From Pelagibacteraceae bacterium AG-325-F15 (GTDB taxonomy: Bacteria; Pseudomonadota; Alphaproteobacteria; Pelagibacterales; Pelagibacteraceae), in NCBI GenBank assembly GCA_003282895.1, contig QBYI01000001.1:678-64677 (forward strand): 64,000 nucleotides of DNA, written 5' to 3'. The position numbers were made by a program, and so were the translations under genes. The notes under the pieces were generated by a model. It was not told the origin of the DNA and made no database searches. It saw only the letters and a program-made list of their open reading frames with translations. Below, piece by piece: positions 31,208-40,777 of this stretch. Numbering within the stretch: position 1 is the stretch's first letter; the number at the start of each line of letters is the position of its first letter.

Positions 31208-32092
31208 TTACGCTGCCATTAATGATTTTATTGAAAAGTTTAATTTCTCTAAATTCTTTATCAATTCATTTTTATCTTGGGAGTTCAAAGTATTTAGCGG
31301 CGGCAAAACGTTTAAATAAGATTGATTATATTTACCAAAATAAGTATGAAGTCCTGAAATTAAATTATATTTTTCAAATAAACTTCTTACGTCACATAAT
31401 TTTTGGTTAACAGTTTGCTCATTTTGAGCAATAAAATCATCATAAACTTTTCTTGCTAATTCAGCGGTAACGTTACAAGTTGCAGTGATAATTCCAGAAC
31501 ATCCTAATTCTAGACCTTTTAATAATTTTGACTCAGAGCCAGGCAAAATTGAAAAATTTTCTAATTTTAAATCTTCAAAAAGATTATAAGAGCTATCTTT
31601 TACTCCAACAATTTGATCTGGAAATCTTTTAACTAATTTTACAACACATTCTACACTAAATTTATAACCACATAATTTTTCAAAATTATATAGAATTATC
31701 TCGCTTTCAGGAATTGACTCAATTATTTTTGAATAAAAATTTATAACATCATCATCACCATATTTATAATATGCTGGTGGCATAATTAAAAATCTTTTAA
31801 AATTTAGAGATTTAGCAACATTCATTAAACTTATTGTTTCACCTAACGAATTTAAGCCAGTACCAATTATATATTTTTCTCTATACTTACTTGTGGATAA
31901 ATTATTTAATAAATTAATCTTTTCTGCAACAGTTATTAATTGTGCTTGTCCAGTGCTACCAAAAACTGCTACGCCATGACACCCTTGATCAATAACCATT
32001 TCAGCATGTTGAATAGTCTTTTTAACATTAAGTGTTAGATTGTCATTTAAGATAGACATTGAGGCCGCATAAACACCTTTTATTTTGCTCAT
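31208..32092 (-). CDS. Dihydrodipicolinate synthase-family aldolase/lyase (probably not canonical DapA)
   Basis: GSTGQ, PPAYY, LYN, Schiff-base Lys in GVKDSS. Confidence 0.85.
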   Translation of the reverse strand: MSKIKGVYAASMSILNDNLTLNVKKTIQHAEMVIDQGCHGVAVFGSTGQAQLITVAEKINLLNNLSTSKYREKYIIGTGLNSLGETISLMNVAKSLNFKRFLIMPPAYYKYGDDDVINFYSKIIESIPESEIILYNFEKLCGYKFSVECVVKLVKRFPDQIVGVKDSSYNLFEDLKLENFSILPGSESKLLKGLELGCSGIITATCNVTAELARKVYDDFIAQNEQTVNQKLCDVRSLFEKYNLISGLHTYFGKYNQSYLNVLPPLNTLNSQDKNELIKNLEKLNFSIKSLMAA

Positions 32093-32141
32093 ATTCAAAA
32101 TTTATATAAAAATATTGATTAGTAAAGTTTATAAATTAGTT

Positions 32142-33104
32142 ATGAAAATATTAGCAATACAAAATAGAATGGGAATTGGTGATACAGTAATTTTTCTACC
32201 ATTTATTAAAGCTATTTCGGAAAAATTTAATTCACCTATTAGTTTATTAGTTAAAGAAAACACTAAGGCAAATGAATTTTTAAATCATACCAATTATATA
32301 GATGAAATTATACAACTGAAAAGGAGTAATAAAAATAAGGATATTCATGATGGATTTTTTGGATTCTTACGATTATCGAGTGATATAAAAAAATATAATT
32401 TTGAAAAAGTATTTATATTTAATTCTTCTTTAAGATATAATCTTGTTTCAAGACTAGCAGGTATTAAGGATATATATCAATATCCTCTATTTAAAAAAAA
32501 AAACCAACATATTATAAATCCAGCAAAAAAATTAGTTAAAAAAATTTTAAATGTTGAAATTGATAGTTGTCCTGAAATTCAGATTGATAAAAAATTAGTA
32601 TTAGATAGTTTTAAAAAATTTAATATAAATAATGCTGAGCTTAATATTTTACTTGGTATAGGTTGTTCAAGTCCAACAAGAAGAATACCCTCAAAAACAT
32701 TTATTAAAGTCATGGAAAAAATTTTGGAAAAAAAAAATTGCAAATTTTTTTTAGCTACAGGTAAAAATATAGGTGAACAACAAATTTTAAAAGAAATTCT
32801 TAATTCAAAGTTTCAAGATAAATGTGTGCCTTTAGATAATCTCAAAATTTCTGAAACTCTACCAATCATAAAAAATTGTGATATTTCAATATGTAATGAC
32901 ACAAGTTTTTCACATTTATCATCTGCCCTTGGATTAAAAACAATAACTTTAATGGCAGACACACCTTTAATTTATGGATCATATAGTTCAAACATGTACC
33001 CAATTCTACCCGACGGTGAAACTACGGTTACTCATAACACTCTTGGGAAGGATAAAATAAATCCAGAAAAAATATTTAATAAGTTAATCTCACTAATTAA
33101 TTAA
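32142..33104 (+). CDS. Glycosyltransferase family 9 (LPS heptosyltransferase-like)
   Basis: MGIGDTV..LP, CNDTSFSHLSSALG; ATG at 32142 avoids overlap with the divergent gene. Confidence 0.85.
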   Translation: MKILAIQNRMGIGDTVIFLPFIKAISEKFNSPISLLVKENTKANEFLNHTNYIDEIIQLKRSNKNKDIHDGFFGFLRLSSDIKKYNFEKVFIFNSSLRYNLVSRLAGIKDIYQYPLFKKKNQHIINPAKKLVKKILNVEIDSCPEIQIDKKLVLDSFKKFNINNAELNILLGIGCSSPTRRIPSKTFIKVMEKILEKKNCKFFLATGKNIGEQQILKEILNSKFQDKCVPLDNLKISETLPIIKNCDISICNDTSFSHLSSALGLKTITLMADTPLIYGSYSSNMYPILPDGETTVTHNTLGKDKINPEKIFNKLISLIN

Positions 33105-33604
33105 GAAATATCTTTTAACACTATTTCTTTAGCCTCGTTAACAATCGCTGACAATCTTGAAGTCTCTGGTGATACATCAGGATGTATTTTTTTTTGGATT
33201 TTTTGATATGTTTTATTTACTAATTCTTTAGATGGTTTTTTATTTATATCTAAATTCAGTATTTTGTATGCCTCATTAATAGATAATGTTGATGAATTAT
33301 TATCAAAAGATTGATTAAATGAAAATCTTCCAGAATTTCTTAAAGTTTGTATTAATCTATATAATGAAATTAATTGAAATAAAGAAAGACCCTTAAGTTT
33401 TAATAATGCTAAACTTGCAATTGTTAGTGGTAGTGTTAATAAAAATTTACCTGCAATAGCAAATAAAACTGCAAAGATAATTAAGCCTAAAAATAGTAAT
33501 ATTCTGAGACTTTTAGATATTTTTTTTGAGTTAATACTGGCAAAAAATCTTAGGAAAAAATATAAAATAGTCAAAATTAACACTGTATAAATAATGATAT
33601 TCAT
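33101..33604 (-). CDS. Membrane-anchored protein with C-terminal J-domain
   Basis: Hydrophobic N-terminal half; EAYKILNL, HPD, VNEAKE. Confidence 0.85.
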   Translation of the reverse strand: MNIIIYTVLILTILYFFLRFFASINSKKISKSLRILLFLGLIIFAVLFAIAGKFLLTLPLTIASLALLKLKGLSLFQLISLYRLIQTLRNSGRFSFNQSFDNNSSTLSINEAYKILNLDINKKPSKELVNKTYQKIQKKIHPDVSPETSRLSAIVNEAKEIVLKDIS

Positions 33605-33619
33605 ATAATTCCTTATTTC

Positions 33620-35695
33620 ATGAAAATACCATATCTAAGAAAAAAACCAGAATTAAAATCTTGTCATAATGTTACATGGGAAGACAATTATAGCTGGATA
33701 CATCAAGAAAATATCTTAGAGGTTTTAAGAGATAAAGATAAACTTTTACCAGAAGTAAGAGAATATTTAGAAAAAGAGAATAAATACACCGATCATCATT
33801 TAAACAATACAAAAACTTTACAAAAAGATCTGTTTAATGAAATTAAAGGTAGGATTAAACTAGATGATGAGTCTCTTCCATATAAAGATCACACTTATGA
33901 ATATTGGACAAAAACTACTGAAACTGGAAATTACTCAATTAAACTGCGTAAAAAAATTGGAAGTGATTTGGTTGAAGAAATTTGGAATGGAGATAATGAA
34001 AAAGAAAAACTTGGTGTTGAATATTTTGGTGTTGGAGATTTAGAGGTTAGTAATAATGACAAATATCTGGGGTATTCTTTAGATACAAAAGGCTCAGAAT
34101 ATTACACAATTTTTATAAGAGAAATTAAAACTAATAATATTATTACAAAAGAAATTTCTGAAACATCAGGAGGTATTACTTTTAGTTTAGATGATAAATA
34201 CATTTTTTATTCTAAGCTTGATGAAAATCATCGAGCAAGAAAAATCTTTAGACATGAAATTGGAAAATTTAATGATGAAGATGAATTAATTTTTGAGGAA
34301 AAAAGTGAGGCATTTACAGTTAGTATTGGTTTAAGTTCTGATGAAAAATATTATTTTATAAATACTTCAGATCATAATACCTCGGAACAATATTATTTTG
34401 GGGTTGATGAAGAAAAACCTTCGCCCAAACTGATAATGCAAAGAGAAAAAGGTGTAATTTATTCAGTAAGCTCGTGGGATAATAAGTTTTACAATCATAC
34501 TAATAAAAATGCAGAAGATTTTAAAATCGATGTAACTGATAGTTTGTTAGATCAAAAATGGGAAACATTCATTCCAGCTAGAAACGAAGTTTTAATAGGA
34601 GGATGTACTTTTTTAAAAAATTGGATTATTCGATCTGAAACTTCTAATGCATTAGATAAACTGTTTGTAAGAAATATCTCATCTGGCATCGAAGAGGAGC
34701 TAAAATTTTCAGATGAAAATATTTATGTGCCTGGTATTTCTTTAACTCAAAAAGATAGAGATACAGACGAAGTACATCTAGGATATTCGTCTCCAAAAAC
34801 TCCTTCGAGAGTTTATAAATATAATTTATCTGACAAGTCAAAAACACTTGTAAAAGAGCAAGAAATTCCATCAGGTCATAATCCTAAAGATTATATAGTT
34901 GAAAGAGTAGAGTTTGAATCTCACGATGGTAGATTGGTTCCGCTCACGATAACCCGGCATAAAGATACCAAAACTGATGGCTCAGCAAATTTATTACTTT
35001 ATGGATATGGCTCATATGGAAATTCAATGAGCCCAGGTTTTTCTTCAACCAGACTAAGTTTAATCAATAGAAATATTATATGGGCTACAGCACATATCAG
35101 AGGTGGTATGGAAAAAGGAATGAAATGGTGGAAAGAAGGAAAACTTACAAATAAAAAAAATACTTTTGAAGATTACATCTACGCAGCAAAATATTTGATA
35201 AAAAATAATTACTCATCTAAAGGAAAAATAATCGGTATGGGTGGATCAGCTGGTGGATTATTAATGGGTGCAGTTGTAAATCAAGCACCAGAGTTATTTT
35301 TAGGAATTATTATGGCTGTACCATTTGTAGATTCTTTAACAACTAATCTTGATCATTCTTTGCCTCTAACAGTTGGCGAATTTGATGAGTTTGGCAATGC
35401 AAAAGATAACAAAGAGCACTTTGACTACATATTCTCTTATGCTCCATACAACAATATAAAAAAAATGGATTATCCACATATACTAATTACTACAAGCTTA
35501 AGTGATAATAGGGTTTTGTTTGATGAACCTGCAAAATTTACAGCTAAATTGAGAGAATATAAAACTGACAATAATTTACTTCTATTAAAAACTGAAATGA
35601 ATGCTGGTCATGGAGGAAAATCTGGAAGAGATGGGGCCATAGAAGAAATTGCTATTGATTATGCTTTTGCATTAAAAATTGCTGAAAAAATTTAA
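33620..35695 (+). CDS. ptrB: Oligopeptidase B (S9A)
   Basis: YGYGSYG, HIRGG, GGSAGG nucleophile, DNRV, AGHGG. Confidence 0.93.
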   Translation: MKIPYLRKKPELKSCHNVTWEDNYSWIHQENILEVLRDKDKLLPEVREYLEKENKYTDHHLNNTKTLQKDLFNEIKGRIKLDDESLPYKDHTYEYWTKTTETGNYSIKLRKKIGSDLVEEIWNGDNEKEKLGVEYFGVGDLEVSNNDKYLGYSLDTKGSEYYTIFIREIKTNNIITKEISETSGGITFSLDDKYIFYSKLDENHRARKIFRHEIGKFNDEDELIFEEKSEAFTVSIGLSSDEKYYFINTSDHNTSEQYYFGVDEEKPSPKLIMQREKGVIYSVSSWDNKFYNHTNKNAEDFKIDVTDSLLDQKWETFIPARNEVLIGGCTFLKNWIIRSETSNALDKLFVRNISSGIEEELKFSDENIYVPGISLTQKDRDTDEVHLGYSSPKTPSRVYKYNLSDKSKTLVKEQEIPSGHNPKDYIVERVEFESHDGRLVPLTITRHKDTKTDGSANLLLYGYGSYGNSMSPGFSSTRLSLINRNIIWATAHIRGGMEKGMKWWKEGKLTNKKNTFEDYIYAAKYLIKNNYSSKGKIIGMGGSAGGLLMGAVVNQAPELFLGIIMAVPFVDSLTTNLDHSLPLTVGEFDEFGNAKDNKEHFDYIFSYAPYNNIKKMDYPHILITTSLSDNRVLFDEPAKFTAKLREYKTDNNLLLLKTEMNAGHGGKSGRDGAIEEIAIDYAFALKIAEKI

Positions 35696-35705
35696 TTTTT
35701 TCAAT

Positions 35706-35733
35706 CTTGAAATTTTTAAAATAATTACCATAT
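35706..35733 (+). promoter_or_regulatory. RpoH-type promoter of the small heat-shock gene
   Basis: CTTGAA-N16-CCATAT. Confidence 0.8.
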
Positions 35734-35740
35734 AATTTTA

Positions 35741-35799
35741 GTAAGTCGCCTAATGGGGCTTACATAAAATAAACTTGCTTAACAAAGGAGAATATTATG
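35741..35799 (+). ncRNA. ROSE-like RNA thermometer in the hsp20 5' UTR
   Basis: 5' hairpin GUAAGUCGCC-UAAU-GGGGCUUAC; 3' hairpin with the ROSE signature UUGCU able to pair with the AGGAG SD. Confidence 0.7.
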
Positions 35800-36243
35800 A
35801 CAAGTAAGGATCTATCTATCTTTAACTCACTAAGACCTTTTTCAATTGGTTTTGACGACATGTTTGACCAATTTGAAAATATGTTAGGAAATGGGAATTT
35901 GACAATGCAGTCAAATTATCCTCCTTATAACATAAGAAAAACTGGTAAAGATAATTATGCTATTGAGGTGGCTTTAGCTGGCTTTAACAAAAATGATGTT
36001 GAGGTTGAGTTTGAAGATAATTTATTAACTGTAAGAACTAAACAAGTTAATAAATCAGAAGAAAGTAATGTTGATGGAGAAATTATACATAAGGGTATCT
36101 CTCAAAGACAATTTGCAAGATCATTTACAATCGCTGATGATGTAAAAGTAAATGGCGCTGCATTAAAAGATGGTCTTTTAACAATATCTTGTGAAAGAAT
36201 AATTCCAGAACATAAAAAGAAAAAACTTATTGAAATTAAATAA
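35797..36243 (+). CDS. ibpA: Small heat-shock protein Hsp20 (IbpA-like)
   Basis: IGFD, YPPYNI, EVALAGF, HKGISQRQF, LKDGLL, C-terminal IEI. Confidence 0.93.
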   Translation: MTSKDLSIFNSLRPFSIGFDDMFDQFENMLGNGNLTMQSNYPPYNIRKTGKDNYAIEVALAGFNKNDVEVEFEDNLLTVRTKQVNKSEESNVDGEIIHKGISQRQFARSFTIADDVKVNGAALKDGLLTISCERIIPEHKKKKLIEIK

Positions 36244-36253
36244 GTTAAACCTT

Positions 36254-36279
36254 GCTTGCGGGGATATTTCCTCGCAAGT
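36254..36279. terminator. Hairpin between convergent hsp20 and lipoprotein genes
   Basis: GCTTGCGGGGA-TATT-TCCTCGCAAGT, 11-bp stem, weak U-tract. Confidence 0.7.
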
Positions 36280-36286
36280 AATATTT

Positions 36287-36592
36287 CTAAAAACAACCGT
36301 TAGAAACGAAACCTATAACAATATTATCTGAATTTATTTCAAATCTTCTCTCACAAGGGATTCCATATTTTTTAGTATTATAAATTAGTTCAAAATTACC
36401 TTTTGAATTTTTAAAATCCTCATCAGGTTTTCCTAATTCCATTTGTAAAACACTTGCAGGCTTACTAATATATTTACTAAGTTTTTCATTTTCCTTTTCA
36501 ACAATTGCATCTGTTTTATCTTTGATTGTTTGACAACCAGTAATCATCAATAGCATTAGAAATGAAAATAAAATAAATTTTAAGTTTTGCAT
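36287..36592 (-). CDS. Small lipoprotein of unknown function
   Basis: Lipobox ITGC; LGKPD motif; two further Cys; likely ATG at 36592. Confidence 0.75.
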   Translation of the reverse strand: MQNLKFILFSFLMLLMITGCQTIKDKTDAIVEKENEKLSKYISKPASVLQMELGKPDEDFKNSKGNFELIYNTKKYGIPCERRFEINSDNIVIGFVSNGCF

Positions 36593-36718
36593 AAATAGAT
36601 AATAACAACTCAATTATGGCATAATTATAAACTTCTCAGTTGTAATTTGTGAATAAACAATAGTTTTAATGGGTATTTATTAACAGAATCGCATACTTAA
36701 CTCATATTAGGAGGAAAA

Positions 36719-38029
36719 ATGCTTGATAATTATTTCAATTATAAAAAACACAAAACAGATTTCAAAACAGAAGTAATAGCTGGAACAACTACGTTCTTGA
36801 CCATGGCTTATATAATGTTTTTAAATCCATTTATCTTATCGGGAGAATTTGCCGGACCCGAAAAAGGTTTCTTTGATTTCGGCGCAGTGTATACAGCCAC
36901 AATATTAGCAACAGCTTTAGCATGTTTTATAATGGCCTTTTATGGAAAAACTTGGCCAATTGGACTTGCACCAGGTATGGGAATTAACGCCTTTGTTGCT
37001 TTTGGAGTTTGTGCAGGAATGGGCTACACGCCCCAGGAAGCTTTAGGCGCAGTATTAGTTGCTGGTGTATTATTTTTAATTATATCTCTTACACCTATTA
37101 GGGCTTGGCTAATTAACTCTATTCCTAAAAGTCTTAAATTAGGAATTGGAGCTGGAATAGGATTGTTCTTAGCAATAATTGGTCTTCAAATAATGGAAGT
37201 TGTTGTGGATAATCCAGTAACATTAGTTCAACTAGGTGACTTAAGTAACCCTCTAGTATTATTAGGTTGTGCAACTTTTATAGCAATTATTGTATTAGAA
37301 AAAATGAATGTAAAAGGGAATATTATTATAGGCATTTTAGTATTTAGTATCATCGCGTGGGCAACTGGTCTTGCTAAATTTAATGGTATAGCAAGCTCTC
37401 CACCACCAATGACATATTTATTTGAGTTTGACTTATCAGCTGCAATGACTGCTGGAATGTCTACTGTAATATTTACTTTGTTGTTCATTGACTTTTTTGA
37501 TACAGCTGGAACGTTAACTTCAGTTGCAAACGTTGCAGGTAAAGTTGACAAACATGGAAAAGTTCAAGACATTAATAAAGCTATGTTGTCTGATAGTGTT
37601 GGTACAGTTGCGGGTGCAATGATGGGAACTACAACTGTTACAAGTTATGTTGAATCTGGAGCTGGTGTTAAAGCTGGTGGAAAAACTGGTATGACATCTC
37701 TTGTAATTGGTTTGCTATTTTTAGCATGTATATTTTTTGCTCCTTTAGCAACAAGTTTACCAAAACAAATTGATGGTGCTGCTTTACTTTTTGTTTCAGT
37801 TCTATTTATTAGAAATATTACTGACATTGAATGGAACGATATATCTGAATCTGCCCCTGCTATACTTGCAATGATTGCAATGCCTTTAACTTATAGTATT
37901 AGTAATGGTATTGCTTTAGCTTTTGTATCTTATGCTTTAATTAAATTGTTTACTGGAAAGTTTTCAAGCACTTCGCCAGCAATTTGGGTTATAGCGATAC
38001 TTAGTGTTGTAAGTTTTGCGGTTGCTTAA
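36719..38029 (+). CDS. NCS2/AzgA-like purine permease
   Basis: EVIAGTTTFLTMAYI, APGMG.NAF, DFFDTAGT, YVESGAGV.AGG.TG, YSISNGI; AGGAGG SD. Confidence 0.93.
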   Translation: MLDNYFNYKKHKTDFKTEVIAGTTTFLTMAYIMFLNPFILSGEFAGPEKGFFDFGAVYTATILATALACFIMAFYGKTWPIGLAPGMGINAFVAFGVCAGMGYTPQEALGAVLVAGVLFLIISLTPIRAWLINSIPKSLKLGIGAGIGLFLAIIGLQIMEVVVDNPVTLVQLGDLSNPLVLLGCATFIAIIVLEKMNVKGNIIIGILVFSIIAWATGLAKFNGIASSPPPMTYLFEFDLSAAMTAGMSTVIFTLLFIDFFDTAGTLTSVANVAGKVDKHGKVQDINKAMLSDSVGTVAGAMMGTTTVTSYVESGAGVKAGGKTGMTSLVIGLLFLACIFFAPLATSLPKQIDGAALLFVSVLFIRNITDIEWNDISESAPAILAMIAMPLTYSISNGIALAFVSYALIKLFTGKFSSTSPAIWVIAILSVVSFAVA

Positions 38030-38039
38030 AAAATAATCA

Positions 38040-38067
38040 AATAGGGCTAGGTCTTTCTAGCCCTATT
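38040..38067. terminator. Bidirectional terminator-like hairpin
   Basis: AATAGGGCTAG-N6-CTAGCCCTATT, perfect 11-bp stem between convergent genes. Confidence 0.85.
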
Positions 38068-38071
38068 AAAG

Positions 38072-38590
38072 TTAGTTTTTTTTAATAATTTCATCAATAG
38101 ATATTTCCTCATAATGTTCAGTTGGTTGAACAATCCATGGGTCTCCATCTAATCTTACAGGACAAAAATCTGGCTCAAACGTAGATGATTTTTTTTTCCA
38201 CAAACAAGCTGTTTTAACTTCTTTAATATAATCTTTTGTCGGGGCATAATTTTTTAACCACTCTATACTTTTGTTAAGCGTTAAACCTGTATCTGAAAGA
38301 TCATCAATCAAAAGAACTTTGTTGTAATCTTTATTCTCAGCCAAAGAACTGATTTCCCTAGCAAACATTAATTCACCTTGTTTATCTTCCATTCCTTCTC
38401 CAGAATAACTTTGAATAACAATATAAGCGATAGGTAATTTTAATATCCTTGATAAGATATCAAGTATTGGCGCTGCACCTCTCATAATGCCAACAAGAAC
38501 TGTTGGCTTATATTCTTTATGTATTTGTATTGCTAATTTCTCAACAATTTTAGTATATTCTTCAAAGCTAATAATTAATTTATCTGCCAT
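38072..38590 (-). CDS. Type I phosphoribosyltransferase (purine salvage, gpt/hpt-like)
   Basis: VGIMRGA, PRPP loop LLIDDLSDTGLTL, WIVQP; next to a purine permease. Confidence 0.85.
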   Translation of the reverse strand: MADKLIISFEEYTKIVEKLAIQIHKEYKPTVLVGIMRGAAPILDILSRILKLPIAYIVIQSYSGEGMEDKQGELMFAREISSLAENKDYNKVLLIDDLSDTGLTLNKSIEWLKNYAPTKDYIKEVKTACLWKKKSSTFEPDFCPVRLDGDPWIVQPTEHYEEISIDEIIKKN

Positions 38591-38633
38591 GAAATTTATT
38601 AACATAATTAAAATATTTTAAAAAGGAGTTATC

Positions 38634-38921
38634 ATGAAAGGATATTGGGTATGTATATATGAAAAAATTCATAATGAGGAAAAACTGAAGGACTACGCAT
38701 TGAAAGCTAAGCCTGCAGTAGAAAGATTTTCTGGAAAATTTTTAATTAGGGGTGGAAAAAATAGAACTAATGACGGAATTAACTCCCCAAGAACTGTCGT
38801 TGTTGAATTTCCAGATTATAATGCTGCTATAGAATGTTATGATTCTAAAGATTATAAAGAAGCACACAATATTCTGTCAGGTCAAGTTGAGAGACACCAT
38901 CAGATTGTTGAGGGTAGTTAA
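38634..38921 (+). CDS. DUF1330-family protein
   Basis: GKFLIRGG, RTVVVEFP, S.DY. Confidence 0.88.
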   Translation: MKGYWVCIYEKIHNEEKLKDYALKAKPAVERFSGKFLIRGGKNRTNDGINSPRTVVVEFPDYNAAIECYDSKDYKEAHNILSGQVERHHQIVEGS

Positions 38922-38947
38922 TATTAATACTATTATAAGGATATATT

Positions 38948-39244
38948 ATGAAAGCCTATTGGATCAGTTTATATACAAAAGTTGAAAATCAGGACAATTT
39001 AAAAAAATACTCAGAAGTCGCAATACCAATTATTAAAAGCTTTGGTGGAGTTCCTATCATTAGAGGTGGAAAACACGAAACATTTGAAGGAGATGATTTT
39101 TCAAGAACAGTTGTGTGGGAATTTCCAAGTTATGAAAAAGCAATCGAATGCCATAATTCTAAAGAGTATTTGGCAGGTTGGGATCTAGCAAAAAATACAA
39201 CTGTTAGACATATGCAAGTAGTTGAAGGATTTAGTACTGAATAG
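38948..39244 (+). CDS. DUF1330-family protein (tandem paralog)
   Basis: GGVPIIRGG, RTVVWEFPS, S.EY. Confidence 0.88.
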   Translation: MKAYWISLYTKVENQDNLKKYSEVAIPIIKSFGGVPIIRGGKHETFEGDDFSRTVVWEFPSYEKAIECHNSKEYLAGWDLAKNTTVRHMQVVEGFSTE

Positions 39245-39866
39245 GTTCAGGATCTATACTTCGCCATAAATACCAAGTTGCAACAGAACAATATGGAGAA
39301 AATCGTTTGTTTAATAAATTCACATATTTCTCTGGTGGTAAATATTCTTTTTTATAATTTTTAGAAATTGCTCTCAATAAACCAATATCTTGTATAGGCC
39401 AAATATTTGATCGATTGTAGGTAAATAATAGAATCATTTCTGCAGACCATCTTCCAATTTGTCTAAGTTTAGATAAGTATATTATTGCCTCTTCATCTGA
39501 CATGCTTGGAATGAGTTTTGAGTCAAATGTTTTATTTAATGTTTGTTTGGCTAAACTTTTAATTCCTTTTACTTTTTGTCTACTTAATCCACAACTTTTT
39601 AGTTGGGTAACTGTTAACTTATAAACTGTTTTAGCATTAATTTTATTTTTACATTTTTTTTCAAATTTAGAAAATACAGAATTAGCAGCAGCCACACTGA
39701 TCTGTTGACCAATAATACTTTTACATAATGAATAGAAAATATCTTTTCTTGAAGTAAGAGTAACTTCAGATGGTTCAGAATATTTTAGAATTAAATATTT
39801 CATAACTTTATCTTTTTTAGATAAATATTTTTTTGCTGAACTCCAATATTTTGGTACTTTACTCAT
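39231..39866 (-). CDS. DNA-3-methyladenine glycosylase II (HhH, AlkA/Mag1-like)
   Basis: SIIGQQISVAAA, GLSRQK, IGRWSAEM, PIQD, PY.SVATWYLW. Confidence 0.88.
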   Translation of the reverse strand: MSKVPKYWSSAKKYLSKKDKVMKYLILKYSEPSEVTLTSRKDIFYSLCKSIIGQQISVAAANSVFSKFEKKCKNKINAKTVYKLTVTQLKSCGLSRQKVKGIKSLAKQTLNKTFDSKLIPSMSDEEAIIYLSKLRQIGRWSAEMILLFTYNRSNIWPIQDIGLLRAISKNYKKEYLPPEKYVNLLNKRFSPYCSVATWYLWRSIDPEPIQY

Positions 39867-40743
39867 GTCTAGTTGTTGATGGAATTTTTTCTTTATAATG
39901 AATTTCTCTTCTCAAAATAATTAATGAAGAAAAAACTACTAACATTGCTCCTAACAAGGTTTTTATAGTTGGAACTTCATCCCAAATGAAGTAACCAAAA
40001 ATTATTCCAAAAACTAGTGCTAAGTATTTAAGTGGAGACACAAGCGAAACTTCTGATAACTTAAATGACTGTCCAAGCCATAAGTTTGCAAAACCTCCTA
40101 AAAAACCAATCATACAAAGTAATATTAGATCTATAATATTCGGCATTACCCAGCCAAATGGTATTGTAAAAAGGCTAGCTAAAGTAATTGCAGCTGAAAA
40201 ATATAAGGAAATTAGCCAGACTGGCTCTGTTGTTGACAATTGCCTTATCGCAATAGCAACATAGGATAAACCTAAACAAAAAATTATTGGATATATGTAG
40301 TATATATTTAAAGAATCAAAACCTGGTTCTGTAATTACTATAATACCAATAAAACCAATTAACACAGCTAACCATCTATAAAAACCTACTTTTTCGCTTA
40401 AAAAAAAAATTGAAAAAATCGTTGTAAAAATTGGAGCTGCAAAAGAAATACTTACAACTGTAGCTAATGGTAAATTTCGTAAAGCAATAAATATGGCAAT
40501 TAAAGCTATTAGTCCAAAAAGACATCTTAAAAAATGTAAACCAATTCTTTTAGTTTGATAAAAATTTTTTATTCTTTCTCTTGGCATTATGAAAAAATAT
40601 ATAATTACTCCAAAAAAACCTCGAAAAAACAAAACTTGCCCCAATGGATAATATTCAGACCATTTTACAATTAAATCCATGACTGAAAATGCACATACGG
40701 ACATAAACATGTACAAAAAGCCTAATTGATTTTTAGAGAGCAT
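39859..40743 (-). CDS. DMT/EamA-family transporter
   Basis: About 10 hydrophobic segments, two EamA-like halves, LSEKVG, SPLKY. Confidence 0.9.
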   Translation of the reverse strand: MLSKNQLGFLYMFMSVCAFSVMDLIVKWSEYYPLGQVLFFRGFFGVIIYFFIMPRERIKNFYQTKRIGLHFLRCLFGLIALIAIFIALRNLPLATVVSISFAAPIFTTIFSIFFLSEKVGFYRWLAVLIGFIGIIVITEPGFDSLNIYYIYPIIFCLGLSYVAIAIRQLSTTEPVWLISLYFSAAITLASLFTIPFGWVMPNIIDLILLCMIGFLGGFANLWLGQSFKLSEVSLVSPLKYLALVFGIIFGYFIWDEVPTIKTLLGAMLVVFSSLIILRREIHYKEKIPSTTRHE

Positions 40744-40777
40744 AGAATAACTTATAAATTAATTTACAGAATAATAA

